Assembly (NCBI GenBank): GCA_043754515.1
Contig: JAYUUO010000308.1
Span: 1 to 20,362 of the forward strand
Direction: 5' to 3'
Length of the DNA stretch: 20,362 nt
Source: Armatimonadota bacterium
GTDB lineage: Bacteria > Armatimonadota > Armatimonadia > Armatimonadales > Armatimonadaceae
Both the position numbers and the translations under genes were made by a program. Positions within the stretch are counted from its first letter, which is position 1; each line of letters begins with the position of its first letter. The notes beneath the pieces were generated by a model. The model was given only the letters and a program-made list of their open reading frames with translations. It was not told the origin of the DNA and ran no database searches. Of the stretch, positions 1 through 9,289 are shown in pieces.

Positions 1-384
1 GACGCCCTCGGGGAGTGTTGCCTCGCCTGCGTACACGTTGCTCCTACCCAGCCGTTTTAGCGGGAGCCGGTAGGTGCCGTCGTCGGAGACGAACGTCACC
101 GGGGTGTTCTTCGCGAGGTCGGGCACTGTCTCGATGGCGGCGGCGAGGCGCAGGTTGTCCTGCTTCGGATACGGCCCCTTGCGCAGGTTGTCCGCGCCGA
201 ACCATTGGCGCACGCGTCCGGCGAGTTCGTCCCTATCCCCGTCGCGCTTGTTCATAGCGTCGGCGAACGACGCCACATTCAGCTCAGGGAGTTCGCCAGG
301 TGCCACTACTGCCGGTCGCGCGGGGGCGGGGATCGGGGCGGCACCGAGGAGACACAAAAGAAGGCAACTGTATAAAGATATCAT
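1..384 (-). CDS. 5' part of a secreted protein running off the window; possibly the N-terminal domain of an esterase (Fes-like)
   Basis: Not in the ORF track because it has no stop in the window. Hand translation from ATG 384 is open to base 1: MISLYSCLLLCLLGAAPIPAPARPAVVAPGELPELNVASFADAMNKRDGDRDELAGRVRQWFGADNLRKGPYPKQDNLRLAAAIETVPDLAKNTPVTFVSDDGTYRLPLKRLGRSNVYAGEATLPEGV. It has a hydrophobic signal peptide and GC-rich third codon positions. The product is a guess. Confidence 0.75.
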   Translation of the reverse strand, partial: MISLYSCLLLCLLGAAPIPAPARPAVVAPGELPELNVASFADAMNKRDGDRDELAGRVRQWFGADNLRKGPYPKQDNLRLAAAIETVPDLAKNTPVTFVSDDGTYRLPLKRLGRSNVYAGEATLPEGV

Positions 385-534
385 AGTGAGACATTATTCG
401 CCGGCGAACCCCCGACTTCCTGCCGGAACAAGTATCGGGCACGAAATGCGCCGGTTGAGCGTTGTGACGGCTGTAGAAACAATAGCCGATGCCAATAAGG
501 CGCGGTGGGTTTCCTTGAAAGGTATTAAAAGTTG

Positions 535-1083
535 ATGCGAAGGTCTTTTCTGTTAGCCGGGCTTGTTGCGGTAGCCGCCCTGATCGCCCCCGCCGCGCAT
601 GCCGCGGATGTCGTCGGTGTCGCTATGTCCAACCCACAGTTCACCACTCTGGTAAAGGCGATTAAAGCCGCCGGTCTTGTCGGCACGCTCAAGAAAGCGA
701 AGAACATCACCGTGTTCGCGCCCACCAACGCCGCGTTCGCCAAGTTGCCGAAGGGCACGCTCGCGATGCTCCTGAAGCCGGAGAACAAAGCCAAGCTCGC
801 CTCCCTTCTTGAGTATCATGTCGTCGGCAAGAAGATCATGGCCGCCGACGTGATGGCCATGACGGCAGCCGCCGATGTCCCGTCGCTCGCTGGCCCGACG
901 ATCCATGTCGGCATCAAGCCGCCGATGGTGAACAACGCGAAGATCATCAAGACCGATATCATCGCCGATAACGGCGTGATCCACGTCATCGACACCGTGA
1001 TCATGCCCGGCAAGTCCGGTACATCGGGCGGCAAGGTGACCCCAAAAATGGGCGGCAAGATGACACCGACGCCCAAAATGTAG
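535..1083 (+). CDS. Fasciclin (FAS1) domain secreted protein
   Basis: Signal peptide ending AHA. FAS1 motifs FTTLVKAIKAAGL, TVFAPTNAAF, LLEYHVV and ADNGVIHVIDTVIMP. SD-like AAAGGT upstream; ATG 535 is preferred to TTG 532. Confidence 0.95.
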   Translation: MRRSFLLAGLVAVAALIAPAAHAADVVGVAMSNPQFTTLVKAIKAAGLVGTLKKAKNITVFAPTNAAFAKLPKGTLAMLLKPENKAKLASLLEYHVVGKKIMAADVMAMTAAADVPSLAGPTIHVGIKPPMVNNAKIIKTDIIADNGVIHVIDTVIMPGKSGTSGGKVTPKMGGKMTPTPKM

Positions 1084-1105
1084 GTGCGCCGGATCTGGTA
1101 ATAGG

Positions 1106-1147
1106 GGCCGGGTGGGGCGTAGTAGATCGCCCCACCCGGTCTTTTTT
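1106..1147 (+). terminator. Rho-independent terminator
   Basis: GGCCGGGTGGGGCG-tagtagat-CGCCCCACCCGGTC stem followed by TTTTTT, about 20 nt after the fasciclin stop. Confidence 0.9.
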
Positions 1148-1206
1148 GTGTCTCATGATTGCACCGTCGGGTTCGGAATTTATTTAGGACGCGATAAAAT
1201 CCGCCC

Positions 1207-2988
1207 ATGCCACTCGACGAACTACTGACTTACGACGCCCTTAGTGCGCTGACCGACCCCCAATCGCTGTCACTGGGGGAGGATTACTTCCGCTCCGGCG
1301 CGGCGCGGGATGTCACTGTTGGCGAGGACAGTATCCGCGCCCAGGTGATGGGGGAGGAACTCTACAGCGTCGCGATTTCCGCGTCCCAAAAGGGCGGCTT
1401 GAACTACTCGTGTATCTGCCCCTACTATGAAGATGAGGGCGTCTTCTGCAAACACTGTGTCGCCGTCGCGCTGACCTATATCCGGGACTACGCCGGTTTC
1501 CGCACGGTCGGGGTGGATGACGATTACGTCGCGCCCAAACGCACCCCCACCCGACGCGTCGGAAAAAGTGTGACGGCGGATCACCTGCGCGACTGGCTCT
1601 CAAATCAGTCCACGGACGCGCTCGCCGCCCTGATCTGGGAACAGTCGAAACTGGACGCGGACTGGCGAAAGCGGCTGTTCCTGCGCGTCGCCTCCGACAC
1701 CGCGCGGGGGGTGAATGTCGCCGCGCTCCGCAAAACGATCGAGGGTGCGACCAAAGCCCGTGCCTACCCCGATGCCCGTCAACTCAAGGCGTTCGTGCAG
1801 AATGTCGAGGAGGTCGCGGTCACGCTTAAGGAGCTACTGGCGATAGGCGAGGGGCAACCAGTGCAAGAACTCGCCCTGTTCGCGTCCGACCGCGTGATAG
1901 AGGTGTACGGCCGTAGCCGGGGTGCCGCGGACGCTGTTCGGGAGATAGCCGCCCGCCTCATTGAGATATACCGGGAAGCCGTGCAGGTCGCGCCGCCCGA
2001 TCCGATCGAGCTTGCCGCAGTGCTGTATGAGCGGGTAGTCGGCGGTGAGTACAGCTTCTGGAAGGACGCACTCCAGACCTATGCGAAGCGGCTCGGCGAC
2101 GAGGGGATCCGCGAGTTCCGAAGCCTCCTGCAAGCCGACTGGGCGAAGATCGCACCGCTGACACACGAGAACCGCCGGTACAACAGTTACGACCCGCGCC
2201 GCGCCCGCATCGCGACGTTGCTAGAGTCTTTCGCCCGCGCGGACAACGACACGGATGCGCTGATAGTGGTTTGGGACAAAGATCTTACAACCCCCGATCG
2301 CTACAACATGATCGTCAAAGCCCTCCGCGACGCGAGCCGCGACGAGGAGGCGTGTAAGTGGGCGGAGCGGGCGTTGGCGGCGTTCGGTAATCAGACGAAC
2401 CAGGCGGTACGTGAATTCCTGATCGAGCAGTACAGGGATGGGGGGGAGAATGAGCGGGCGTTACTGGTACTATGGCGACTCTTCGAGGCACTCCCGAACG
2501 TCGAGAACTACCAGTCGTTACGCGATTTTGCCCTGCCGCTCGGCACTTGGGATGAATGGCGGGAACGTGCGATACAACTTCTGCGCGAACGGCTCACGGC
2601 GCAACCGGCGCGGAGCACCGTGGCCAGCTACCACCAGGAGGTGACCGCCGCCGACCGCCTGATCGCTCTATATCTGTCCGAAGGGGACGGTGACACGGCG
2701 TGGGCACTCGCGCAAGCGCACGGCACGGATGACGAAAGCTGGAAGCAACTCGCGCCTCTGCGCGAGGCGACGCATCCGGACGAGGCACTCACCGTCTACC
2801 GCCGCTTGCTTACCAAAGCCATCGCGGCGGGCACCACCCACGAGATCGTCGAACTACTGAACGACCTGAAGACGGCGCACCGGCGAACGGGCAAGGAGGG
2901 CGACTTCGCGGAGTACGTGACGAAACTAAAGGGCGATCACCTGCGCAAGCGTGCGTTCTCGGCCGCCATCAAAACGAGCGGCCTTTAA
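1207..2988 (+). CDS. SWIM zinc-finger protein with helical (TPR-like) C-terminal region
   Basis: SWIM signature CxC-x9-CxH (CICPYYEDEGVFCKHCVAVAL), preceded by the typical GEDYFRSG..A.V.G...Y.V segment. Long alpha-helical tail. Confidence 0.9.
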   Translation: MPLDELLTYDALSALTDPQSLSLGEDYFRSGAARDVTVGEDSIRAQVMGEELYSVAISASQKGGLNYSCICPYYEDEGVFCKHCVAVALTYIRDYAGFRTVGVDDDYVAPKRTPTRRVGKSVTADHLRDWLSNQSTDALAALIWEQSKLDADWRKRLFLRVASDTARGVNVAALRKTIEGATKARAYPDARQLKAFVQNVEEVAVTLKELLAIGEGQPVQELALFASDRVIEVYGRSRGAADAVREIAARLIEIYREAVQVAPPDPIELAAVLYERVVGGEYSFWKDALQTYAKRLGDEGIREFRSLLQADWAKIAPLTHENRRYNSYDPRRARIATLLESFARADNDTDALIVVWDKDLTTPDRYNMIVKALRDASRDEEACKWAERALAAFGNQTNQAVREFLIEQYRDGGENERALLVLWRLFEALPNVENYQSLRDFALPLGTWDEWRERAIQLLRERLTAQPARSTVASYHQEVTAADRLIALYLSEGDGDTAWALAQAHGTDDESWKQLAPLREATHPDEALTVYRRLLTKAIAAGTTHEIVELLNDLKTAHRRTGKEGDFAEYVTKLKGDHLRKRAFSAAIKTSGL

Positions 2989-3016
2989 CGCCATGGGCAT
3001 CCGCCACCGCGACCCG

Positions 3017-3835
3017 TTACCTCTTTTGGAACCGGGCGACGAGCGCGAGGGGTACGCCGCTCTGGTCGCGCAAACCGGCATAGGTGTTCGCGATGTGCCG
3101 CTCGGGGACCGGTTCGGCGAGGTGGTCGAGCGCGAGGCCCGCCTCGAAACCGGTGCTAAACAAGGTGCTCACGGTGTGGACATACTGACCGATCCGGTAA
3201 TCATCCCCGCCTGCCGAAGTGAAGCGCAAGAAAGGTGCCCTCTCCGTGTTGCCGTCGCGCGACACGGCGTCCGCCCGCGTCTGTGCCAGCGGGTGCGGGT
3301 GGTAGTCGCTGACGATAAGCGAGCCGCCGGACGCGAGCACGCGCGACATTTCGCGTAACGCCCCGCCCACCTCCAGCAGAAACGAGAGGGTCAACGCGCA
3401 AATGACGACGTCTACCGCGCCGTCCGCGAGCGGCAACCGCTCCAGCAAATCGCCGCGCCGCCAGGTGATCACGTCGTCGAGTTCGCCGCGCTCCGCCTTG
3501 CGCCGCGCGACCGCGAGCATTTCAGGCGACAGGTCAATGCCAACCACGCGTGCCGCGCCCATCCGCGCGACCTGAAGTGCGTACCGGCCCGTGCCACAAC
3601 CGACGTCGGCGACGCTCTTCCCGGATAACTCCGGCAGGGCGGACAGTGCCTCACCGCTTTCCAATGCGAGCAGGGGGTTGCCCGCGAGCCGCCGGTCGTA
3701 GGTCGGCGCGAGCGCGTCGAACCCCTCGGCGGGCGACAGGTAGTAGGTGCCCAGCAGGCCCGAAAGCGCGGGCGAGTCGCGGCGGCTCAGTCGGCTTTCC
3801 GTGTTCGTTGGCTGGTCGTTCGGACTTTGACTCAT
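3017..3835 (-). CDS. Class I SAM-dependent methyltransferase (BioC/UbiE-like)
   Basis: Motif I VADVGCGTG, then GIDLSPEML, LPLADGAVDVV and EMSRVLASGG. The start is moved to ATG 3835 because the longer ORF overlaps the IDH gene in another frame. Confidence 0.92.
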   Translation of the reverse strand: MSQSPNDQPTNTESRLSRRDSPALSGLLGTYYLSPAEGFDALAPTYDRRLAGNPLLALESGEALSALPELSGKSVADVGCGTGRYALQVARMGAARVVGIDLSPEMLAVARRKAERGELDDVITWRRGDLLERLPLADGAVDVVICALTLSFLLEVGGALREMSRVLASGGSLIVSDYHPHPLAQTRADAVSRDGNTERAPFLRFTSAGGDDYRIGQYVHTVSTLFSTGFEAGLALDHLAEPVPERHIANTYAGLRDQSGVPLALVARFQKR

Positions 3836-3849
3836 GGGAAAAAGGGCTT

Positions 3850-4899
3850 CTACTCCATCGCGCCTATGACCGCTTCCACGAACTCCGCCGTGCCCGCCGT
3901 GCCGCCCAGATCGCGCGTGAAGTGCTTGCCGTCTGTGAACACCTTGAAGAGCGCGGTTTCCGTGCGCACCGCCGCCTCCGTCTCGCCGAGGGCGCGGAGC
4001 ATCAGGATGCCGCTCATGAGGAGCGCGGTTGGGTTCGCGAGTCCTTTCCCCGCGATGTCGGGAGCCGTGCCGTGAACCGCCTCGTATATCGTAGCGTCCT
4101 CGCCGATGTTCGCGGAGCCGGTGACGCCCAGCCCGCCGACGAGCCCCGAAACAAGGTCGGAGATGATGTCGCCGTACAGGTTCTCCATCACCATGACGTC
4201 GAACTGACCGGGTTTGGTTACCAGTTGCATACAGCAGTTGTCCACGATCATCTCGGTGTACTCGATCTCCGGGTAGTCGCGAGAGGCACGTTTGCAACAC
4301 TCCAGAAACAAGCCGTCTGAAAGTTTCATGATGTTCGCTTTGTGAACGGCGGTCACCTTTTTGCGCCCATGGGCGCGGGCGTGGTCGAAGGCGTGACGCG
4401 CGATGCGCGACGACGCCTTTTCGGTGATGATCTTCAGCGACTCGACCACGCCCGGCACGACGACGTGCTCGATACCGCTGTACAGATCCTCGCTGTTCTC
4501 GCGCACGACCACGATATCAACATCCCGGAAGGGGGTAATGACACCGGGGAGGCTACGGGCGGGCCGCACATTCGCGTACAGACCGAGCCGTTGCCGCAGG
4601 GTGACGTTGACGGAAGTGAACCCGCCACCGACCGGGGTGCCGATGGGACCTTTGAGCGCGAGTCCCGATTTCACGACGGCGTTCACGACATGCTCCGGTA
4701 GGGGCGTGCCGTGCATCGGGATCACCTCCGCACCGGCCTGCTGGTAGTCCCATAGGAACGGGACGCCGGTCGCTTCCAGCATCTGCACGGTCGCGTCCAT
4801 GACCTCGGGGCCGATGCCGTCGCCGGGTATCAGGGTTACAAAGTAGGGGCGGGTTCGGGCGGCTGTGGGCGTCGCCGGGTTGGTCGCGGGCATGGTCAT
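3850..4899 (-). CDS. icd: Isocitrate dehydrogenase (NAD-type), isocitrate/isopropylmalate dehydrogenase family
   Basis: [28 protein letters not shown] (isocitrate-binding S/N/R pattern), [28 protein letters not shown] and [12 protein letters not shown] (NAD-type). Confidence 0.88.
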   Translation of the reverse strand: MTMPATNPATPTAARTRPYFVTLIPGDGIGPEVMDATVQMLEATGVPFLWDYQQAGAEVIPMHGTPLPEHVVNAVVKSGLALKGPIGTPVGGGFTSVNVTLRQRLGLYANVRPARSLPGVITPFRDVDIVVVRENSEDLYSGIEHVVVPGVVESLKIITEKASSRIARHAFDHARAHGRKKVTAVHKANIMKLSDGLFLECCKRASRDYPEIEYTEMIVDNCCMQLVTKPGQFDVMVMENLYGDIISDLVSGLVGGLGVTGSANIGEDATIYEAVHGTAPDIAGKGLANPTALLMSGILMLRALGETEAAVRTETALFKVFTDGKHFTRDLGGTAGTAEFVEAVIGAME

Positions 4900-4955
4900 T
4901 TAGTTAGGGAATCCTTGAAACAGTCGGCGGGTTCGGGAACGAGAACGCCGCCCTG

Positions 4956-4985
4956 ATTGTAGCCGAAGAAAGGTGCCGTCGGCAA
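4956..4985 (-). promoter_or_regulatory. Putative sigma70 promoter of icd
   Basis: Minus strand reads TTGCCG-N18-TACAAT, about 55 nt upstream of the icd start. Confidence 0.5.
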
Positions 4986-5212
4986 CCGGAAACAATCAGG
5001 CCGAACATTTTTGACGGGAAGGTTGCAACGCCGAACCGACGCGATACACTGCTCTTGTTCCTTCCAAACGCGACACCCGTGGAACCGTGTGTACCCATTC
5101 AATTTTTGCGCTGACGCTGTTTTCGGTTCCCCTTGCCGCTCCAATCTAATAGAGTGACGCTGTCAATAGTTGTAAGTCACTTCCTTATCCTGGCGTTGTC
5201 CAGAGAGGGTGT

Positions 5213-5578
5213 ATGGTGTGCAATATGGTCTCTTTAACCCCCCCGCGTGCGAACCGGCTACACGGTTTGCCTGTCATTGACCTGTCCGGCGATCTCGACT
5301 GTTACAACGCCCCCGCGCTTCGCGAGCGGCTGTTCAAGATGATCGAGAATGGCGAGCATGACCTGGTGCTGGATCTGAGCGGCGTGTCCTACCTGGACTC
5401 CGTCGGCGTCGCCACCTTGGTCGCGGTACACGAGAACGTGTCCGCCCGAAATGGCTCGCTCCGAGTGCTGTGCGCAAACCGTGCCATCTGGCGCGTGTTC
5501 GAGATAACGGGGCTTCAGCGCGTCTTCCCGATCTTCCAGGAGCGGACCGCTCTGGTGTCATCGCTCGACGCGAAGTAG
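5213..5578 (+). CDS. STAS-domain anti-sigma factor antagonist (SpoIIAA/RsbV-like)
   Basis: LSGDLDCYNAPALR, LVLDLSGVSYLDSVGVATL (phosphorylatable Ser) and VFEITGL. SD GAGGG upstream. Confidence 0.93.
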   Translation: MVCNMVSLTPPRANRLHGLPVIDLSGDLDCYNAPALRERLFKMIENGEHDLVLDLSGVSYLDSVGVATLVAVHENVSARNGSLRVLCANRAIWRVFEITGLQRVFPIFQERTALVSSLDAK

Positions 5579-5598
5579 TGCGCTACGCGCCCCGTCGC

Positions 5599-6373
5599 TC
5601 AGCGGCGCGGTGACTTGCCAGTCAGTCGGTGGATGCGCGCCTCAACGGCATGTATTCCGTCGTTGTAGGGCAGTGCGTACAGGAGCGCGAGGGCACCGAG
5701 CACACACAGTGTTGCCGGCACGCTGACGAAGCCGAGCGCGAAACACGCGGCGTAGATCAGCGGCCCGAACCGGTACCGCTGATGCACGCGCTCGAAAAGG
5801 CGCGGGTCGAGCGACGTGTCTAGCAGGCGGTTGCCCCGCGAGGAGTGGTTCCAGATCAGGTTAAACGCCACCGCCATCAGAAAGCTGGTGTCAGCGTAGA
5901 TCAGCACCGCCGCCTTCGGCATAGGGCGCGGGATGCGTGAGGTAATCGGCGAGCACTGCCGTCGCGAACGGAATGAAGGCGACGACGAGCAACAGGAGCG
6001 AGCTGAGCACCGTGAGCAGATGGTCGTTGCGCCTGATGTAGCGGAACAGCACGCAGTGATTCGCCCACATGATCCCGACGGTGACGAACGACAACACGTA
6101 CCCGAAAAGCGAGGGCCAGATCGCGCCGAAATGACGCAAAACATCCCAGAGCGTCTGGCCCGGTTGCTCCACGGGACGCAACACCTTGATTTCGAGGATC
6201 AGCAGCGTGATCACGATGGCGGAGACGCCGTCGGACAGGTACAGGAGCCGCTCGTTGTTGCTCCCCTCGACCGCCGTCTCTTCTGCCTCCAGTTGGTCAG
6301 GTGCCGGTGACTCGCCCCCCGCGCTCACTCGCGGACGTGGCGAAGCCCCGGTGCCAGGAGGATCGCCTACCAC
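5599..6373 (-). pseudogene. TMEM175-family (DUF1211) potassium channel, frameshifted
   Basis: The N-half (ERLLYLSDGVSAIVITLLILEI..WPSLFGYVLSFVTVGIMWANH..FIPFATAVL) and C-half (KAAVLIYADTSFLMAVAFNLIW..) lie in different frames, with the shift near 5915-5925. The start is uncertain (GTG 6373 or GTG 6328). Confidence 0.85.
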
Positions 6374-6853
6374 TCAGGCGAGTTCCCGCACATAAGTCAG
6401 AACGGCGTCGCCGTGGCCATCTACTTTCACGCGCGGGAAGACACGGGCTATGGTCCCATCTCTCGCGATCACGAACGTGGTACGCTCGATCCCCATGCTC
6501 TTCTTGCCGTAGAAGTTCTTCTCTTTGTATACGCCGTACGCCGTTGAAACGGCCGTATCCGTGTCCGCGAGGAGCGGGAATGGTAATGTGTACTTCTCCG
6601 CGAATGCCTTGTGGGAGTCAACGTCATCGAGTGAGACACCCAGAATGACCGCGCCCGCCGCCGCGTAGTCACCGTTCAGATCGCGGAACGCGCAGGACTC
6701 CTTGGTGCATCCGGGGGTGTCGTCCTTGGGATAGAAATAGAGCACCACGACTTTGCCGCGAAAATCCGACAGGGTGACGGGCTTATCGCTCGCGTGGGAC
6801 GGTAATGAAAACAGAGGAGCGGGTTGCCCCTCTTCGGGTCTCTCATGTGCCAT
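6374..6853 (-). CDS. bcp: Peroxiredoxin Bcp/PrxQ
   Basis: VVLYFYPKDDTPGCTKESC (peroxidatic Cys plus resolving Cys, CxxxxC), LPFPLLAD, GIERTTFVI and KVDGH. Confidence 0.96.
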   Translation of the reverse strand: MAHERPEEGQPAPLFSLPSHASDKPVTLSDFRGKVVVLYFYPKDDTPGCTKESCAFRDLNGDYAAAGAVILGVSLDDVDSHKAFAEKYTLPFPLLADTDTAVSTAYGVYKEKNFYGKKSMGIERTTFVIARDGTIARVFPRVKVDGHGDAVLTYVRELA

Positions 6854-6882
6854 ACGGCTATTTTACCGCACGTGACTTATTT

Positions 6883-7701
6883 TCACTTCGCCGGGGGCGG
6901 CGCGGGCGCGGTCTGGGGCGGGACTGGCACTGTTCCGGGATTCGTGGGCGTAGCGGGGACGGTTTGCGGGGCGGTACCCGGTAGCGCGGGTACCATCCCC
7001 GGCGCGGTGACCGGAGCCGTCGGTTGGGCGGCGGGAGCCTGTGCCCCGGTCGGCGTTTGTTCGGGGATCAGCCCCGTTGGGATCGGCGACGGTGGGGCGA
7101 ACGGCTTGCCGCCGATGCTATTCCCGTTCGGTGCCGCTGACGGTGGCACGGTCGCCACCAGAGACTGGCCGAACCCGCCGCCTTTGCGTGCTTTGCCGAT
7201 GTTCTGGCACGCGGCGTTCACGCGGGCGATCACGTCGGTGTCCTTTACGGTGCCGCCGAGGGCGATCCGGTTCGCCTGGTACTGGAAGCCGTCCCGATCC
7301 CAGCCGCCGGTACAGCGCAGTGTATAACCGGCATGGATGTTGCCGAGAGACGTGAGTTGGTATCCGCGAGCGATGCGCGTCCCCATCCCGGCGACCACGG
7401 TCGCGAACTCGTTGGCCTCCGTCACGACCGAGATAGTGCCTTCCTGGGTATTTGGTTCGTCAATCACCACCGCTTTCATGCTGACTGGCGCGGCGGGTTT
7501 GGGCTTGTTGTGGGCGTCGCGACCGTGCTTAGGATGCCTCTTCGATAACTTCTTGGCGGGCGTGACGGTCAGTCGCGTCCGCTGTGGCCTGGCGACCTGA
7601 GGCGAATCCGGCGAGGAAGCCGGGGACGCGATCAAGGGGGCCGTGACACCGACTGAAACGGCGGCGAGGGCGGCGAGGATAAATTTTATGGTGTGGGACA
7701 T
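6883..7701 (-). CDS. Secreted hypothetical protein with an OB-fold-like (DUF5666-like) domain and Pro/Thr-rich tail
   Basis: Signal peptide from ATG 7701 (ATG 7737 is an alternative). Beta-rich core GTISVV..TRIARG..SLGNIHAGYTLRCTG..YQANRI, then a PAPT-rich C-terminus. Confidence 0.75.
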   Translation of the reverse strand: MSHTIKFILAALAAVSVGVTAPLIASPASSPDSPQVARPQRTRLTVTPAKKLSKRHPKHGRDAHNKPKPAAPVSMKAVVIDEPNTQEGTISVVTEANEFATVVAGMGTRIARGYQLTSLGNIHAGYTLRCTGGWDRDGFQYQANRIALGGTVKDTDVIARVNAACQNIGKARKGGGFGQSLVATVPPSAAPNGNSIGGKPFAPPSPIPTGLIPEQTPTGAQAPAAQPTAPVTAPGMVPALPGTAPQTVPATPTNPGTVPVPPQTAPAPPPAK

Positions 7702-7850
7702 CGCTTGGTATGGTCGGACGAAAACGCCGCTCCTCATGAATGCTTTAGTGCTTGGAAAGGTTTCCTGTTTGGCGACAGTTTACCCCGTCGAGCCGATTCT
7801 CCTTCTTTTATCGGTGATTCCACGTCCCTGGCGTAGGGTAAAGGGTCCTT

Positions 7851-9284
7851 CTACTTCTTCTTATACACAAACACCACCCAGAGTGAGAACAAAACCGTGA
7901 CCGCCACGAGAGCCGCGAGCGCGGGGACTCCCCAGTGCCCGGTTTGTATCGGGTCGTTCGCCGTATCCCAGAGTAGCTTCATATTAAGTAGCGCGATGGT
8001 CACGCAGACCGCGTAAGCGAGCACGGTGAGCCACGGCGGGCTGACGAACTCGCCCATCCGCTTGCGGTCCGATGTGAACATCGTCAGTGGGAAGATGGCG
8101 AACGACAACTGGAGCGAAAGCACGACCTGCGACAGGACCAGCAGACCCACCGTGTTTTTACCGCCGGTGACCACGATCATGATCACCGCCGGGATGATCG
8201 CGAGGCCCCGGGTGATCAGGCGGCGGAGCCAGGGCTGGATGCGAATTCTCAGGAAACCCTCCATCACGATCTGGCCCGCGAGGGTTCCGGTGATCGTGGA
8301 GGACTGCCCCGAGGCGAGCAGGGCTACCGCGAACAGGGTCGCCGCCGCGCCGTTCAGGAGCGGCGTCAGGAGCCTGTGCGCGTCCCCTAGCTCCTCGACC
8401 GGTTTTCCGCCCTTGTGGAACACCGCCGCCGCCAGCACCAGGATCGCCGCGTTCACGAAAAACGCGGCACCGAGCGCGAGGAACGTGTCCAGGGTGTTGT
8501 AGCGGATCGCCTGACGGATGCCGTCCGGCGTCTGATCGTTAGCCCGCGTTTGCACGATGGAAGAGTGCAGGTACAGGTTGTGCGGCATCACTGTCGCGCC
8601 CAGGATACCGAGCGCGATAAACAGCGCGTCTTTTCCGGGCAGGGCGGGCGTCACCAGCCCGATCCCGACCGCGTGCCAGTCGGGTTTCGCAAAGAACATC
8701 TCGACTGCGAAGCAACCGGCGACGGTGGCGACGAGCGTGATCACAACCGCCTCCAGTTTGCGGAAGCCGAAGTGCGACAGACCGAGGATCGCCAGCACGT
8801 CCAGACTGGTTAGCACCACGCCCCACAAGAGCGGTAGGTGGAACAGCAGATTTAGCGCGACCGCCGATCCGATCACTTCCGCCAGATCACAGGCGATGAT
8901 GGCGATCTCGCACAATATCCAGAGCGCGATCGCCGCCGGCTTCTGGTAGAAGTCGCGGCAGGCCTGGGCTAGATCCTTGCCCGTCGCCAGCCCAAGTCGG
9001 GCGCAGAGAGTTTGTAGCAGAATCGCCATCAGGTTCGAGGCAAGGATCACCCAAAGCAAAGCGTAGCCGAACCGCGAGCCGCCCGCGAGGTCCGTCGCCC
9101 AGTTGCCGGGGTCCATGTAGCCGACGCTGATCAGAAAGCCGGGACCCGCGAACGCCAGGAACCGCTTCCAACGCGGCACCCGCGTCGCGCCTCCTGTTCC
9201 GGGAACCGGGACGGATCGGTGAGATTCCGGTAGCGATACCATCTCGTCGCCCGGATCGGATACGCGTCGTGTGGTCATAATCAT
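7851..9284 (-). CDS. mntH: Nramp-family Mn2+/H+ symporter
   Basis: GPGFLISVGYMDPGNW (DPGN), GATVMPHNLYLHS (MPH) and GQSSTITGTLAGQIVMEGF (conserved transport motif). Confidence 0.97.
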   Translation of the reverse strand: MIMTTRRVSDPGDEMVSLPESHRSVPVPGTGGATRVPRWKRFLAFAGPGFLISVGYMDPGNWATDLAGGSRFGYALLWVILASNLMAILLQTLCARLGLATGKDLAQACRDFYQKPAAIALWILCEIAIIACDLAEVIGSAVALNLLFHLPLLWGVVLTSLDVLAILGLSHFGFRKLEAVVITLVATVAGCFAVEMFFAKPDWHAVGIGLVTPALPGKDALFIALGILGATVMPHNLYLHSSIVQTRANDQTPDGIRQAIRYNTLDTFLALGAAFFVNAAILVLAAAVFHKGGKPVEELGDAHRLLTPLLNGAAATLFAVALLASGQSSTITGTLAGQIVMEGFLRIRIQPWLRRLITRGLAIIPAVIMIVVTGGKNTVGLLVLSQVVLSLQLSFAIFPLTMFTSDRKRMGEFVSPPWLTVLAYAVCVTIALLNMKLLWDTANDPIQTGHWGVPALAALVAVTVLFSLWVVFVYKKK

Positions 9285-9289
9285 AGTTT

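Noticed and set aside
421..470. ECF-sigma promoter (GGAAC) upstream of the fasciclin gene
   Set aside because: No matching -10 element at the expected spacing.
15..535. Plus-strand ORFs 15-257 and 74-535, and the many other antisense or off-frame ORFs across the window
   Set aside because: They are shadows of real genes, expected at high GC, with no motifs and Arg/Ala/Pro-biased composition.
3836..4300. N-terminal extension of the methyltransferase ORF
   Set aside because: It is an Arg/Gly-rich off-frame shadow of icd.
6330..6376. bcp TGA followed directly in frame by the TMEM175 frame: possible selenocysteine or readthrough fusion
   Set aside because: Bcp is already complete with both Cys, and the TGA is at the normal C-terminus. 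The downstream hairpin is weak and not a convincing SECIS, and the linker is low-complexity.
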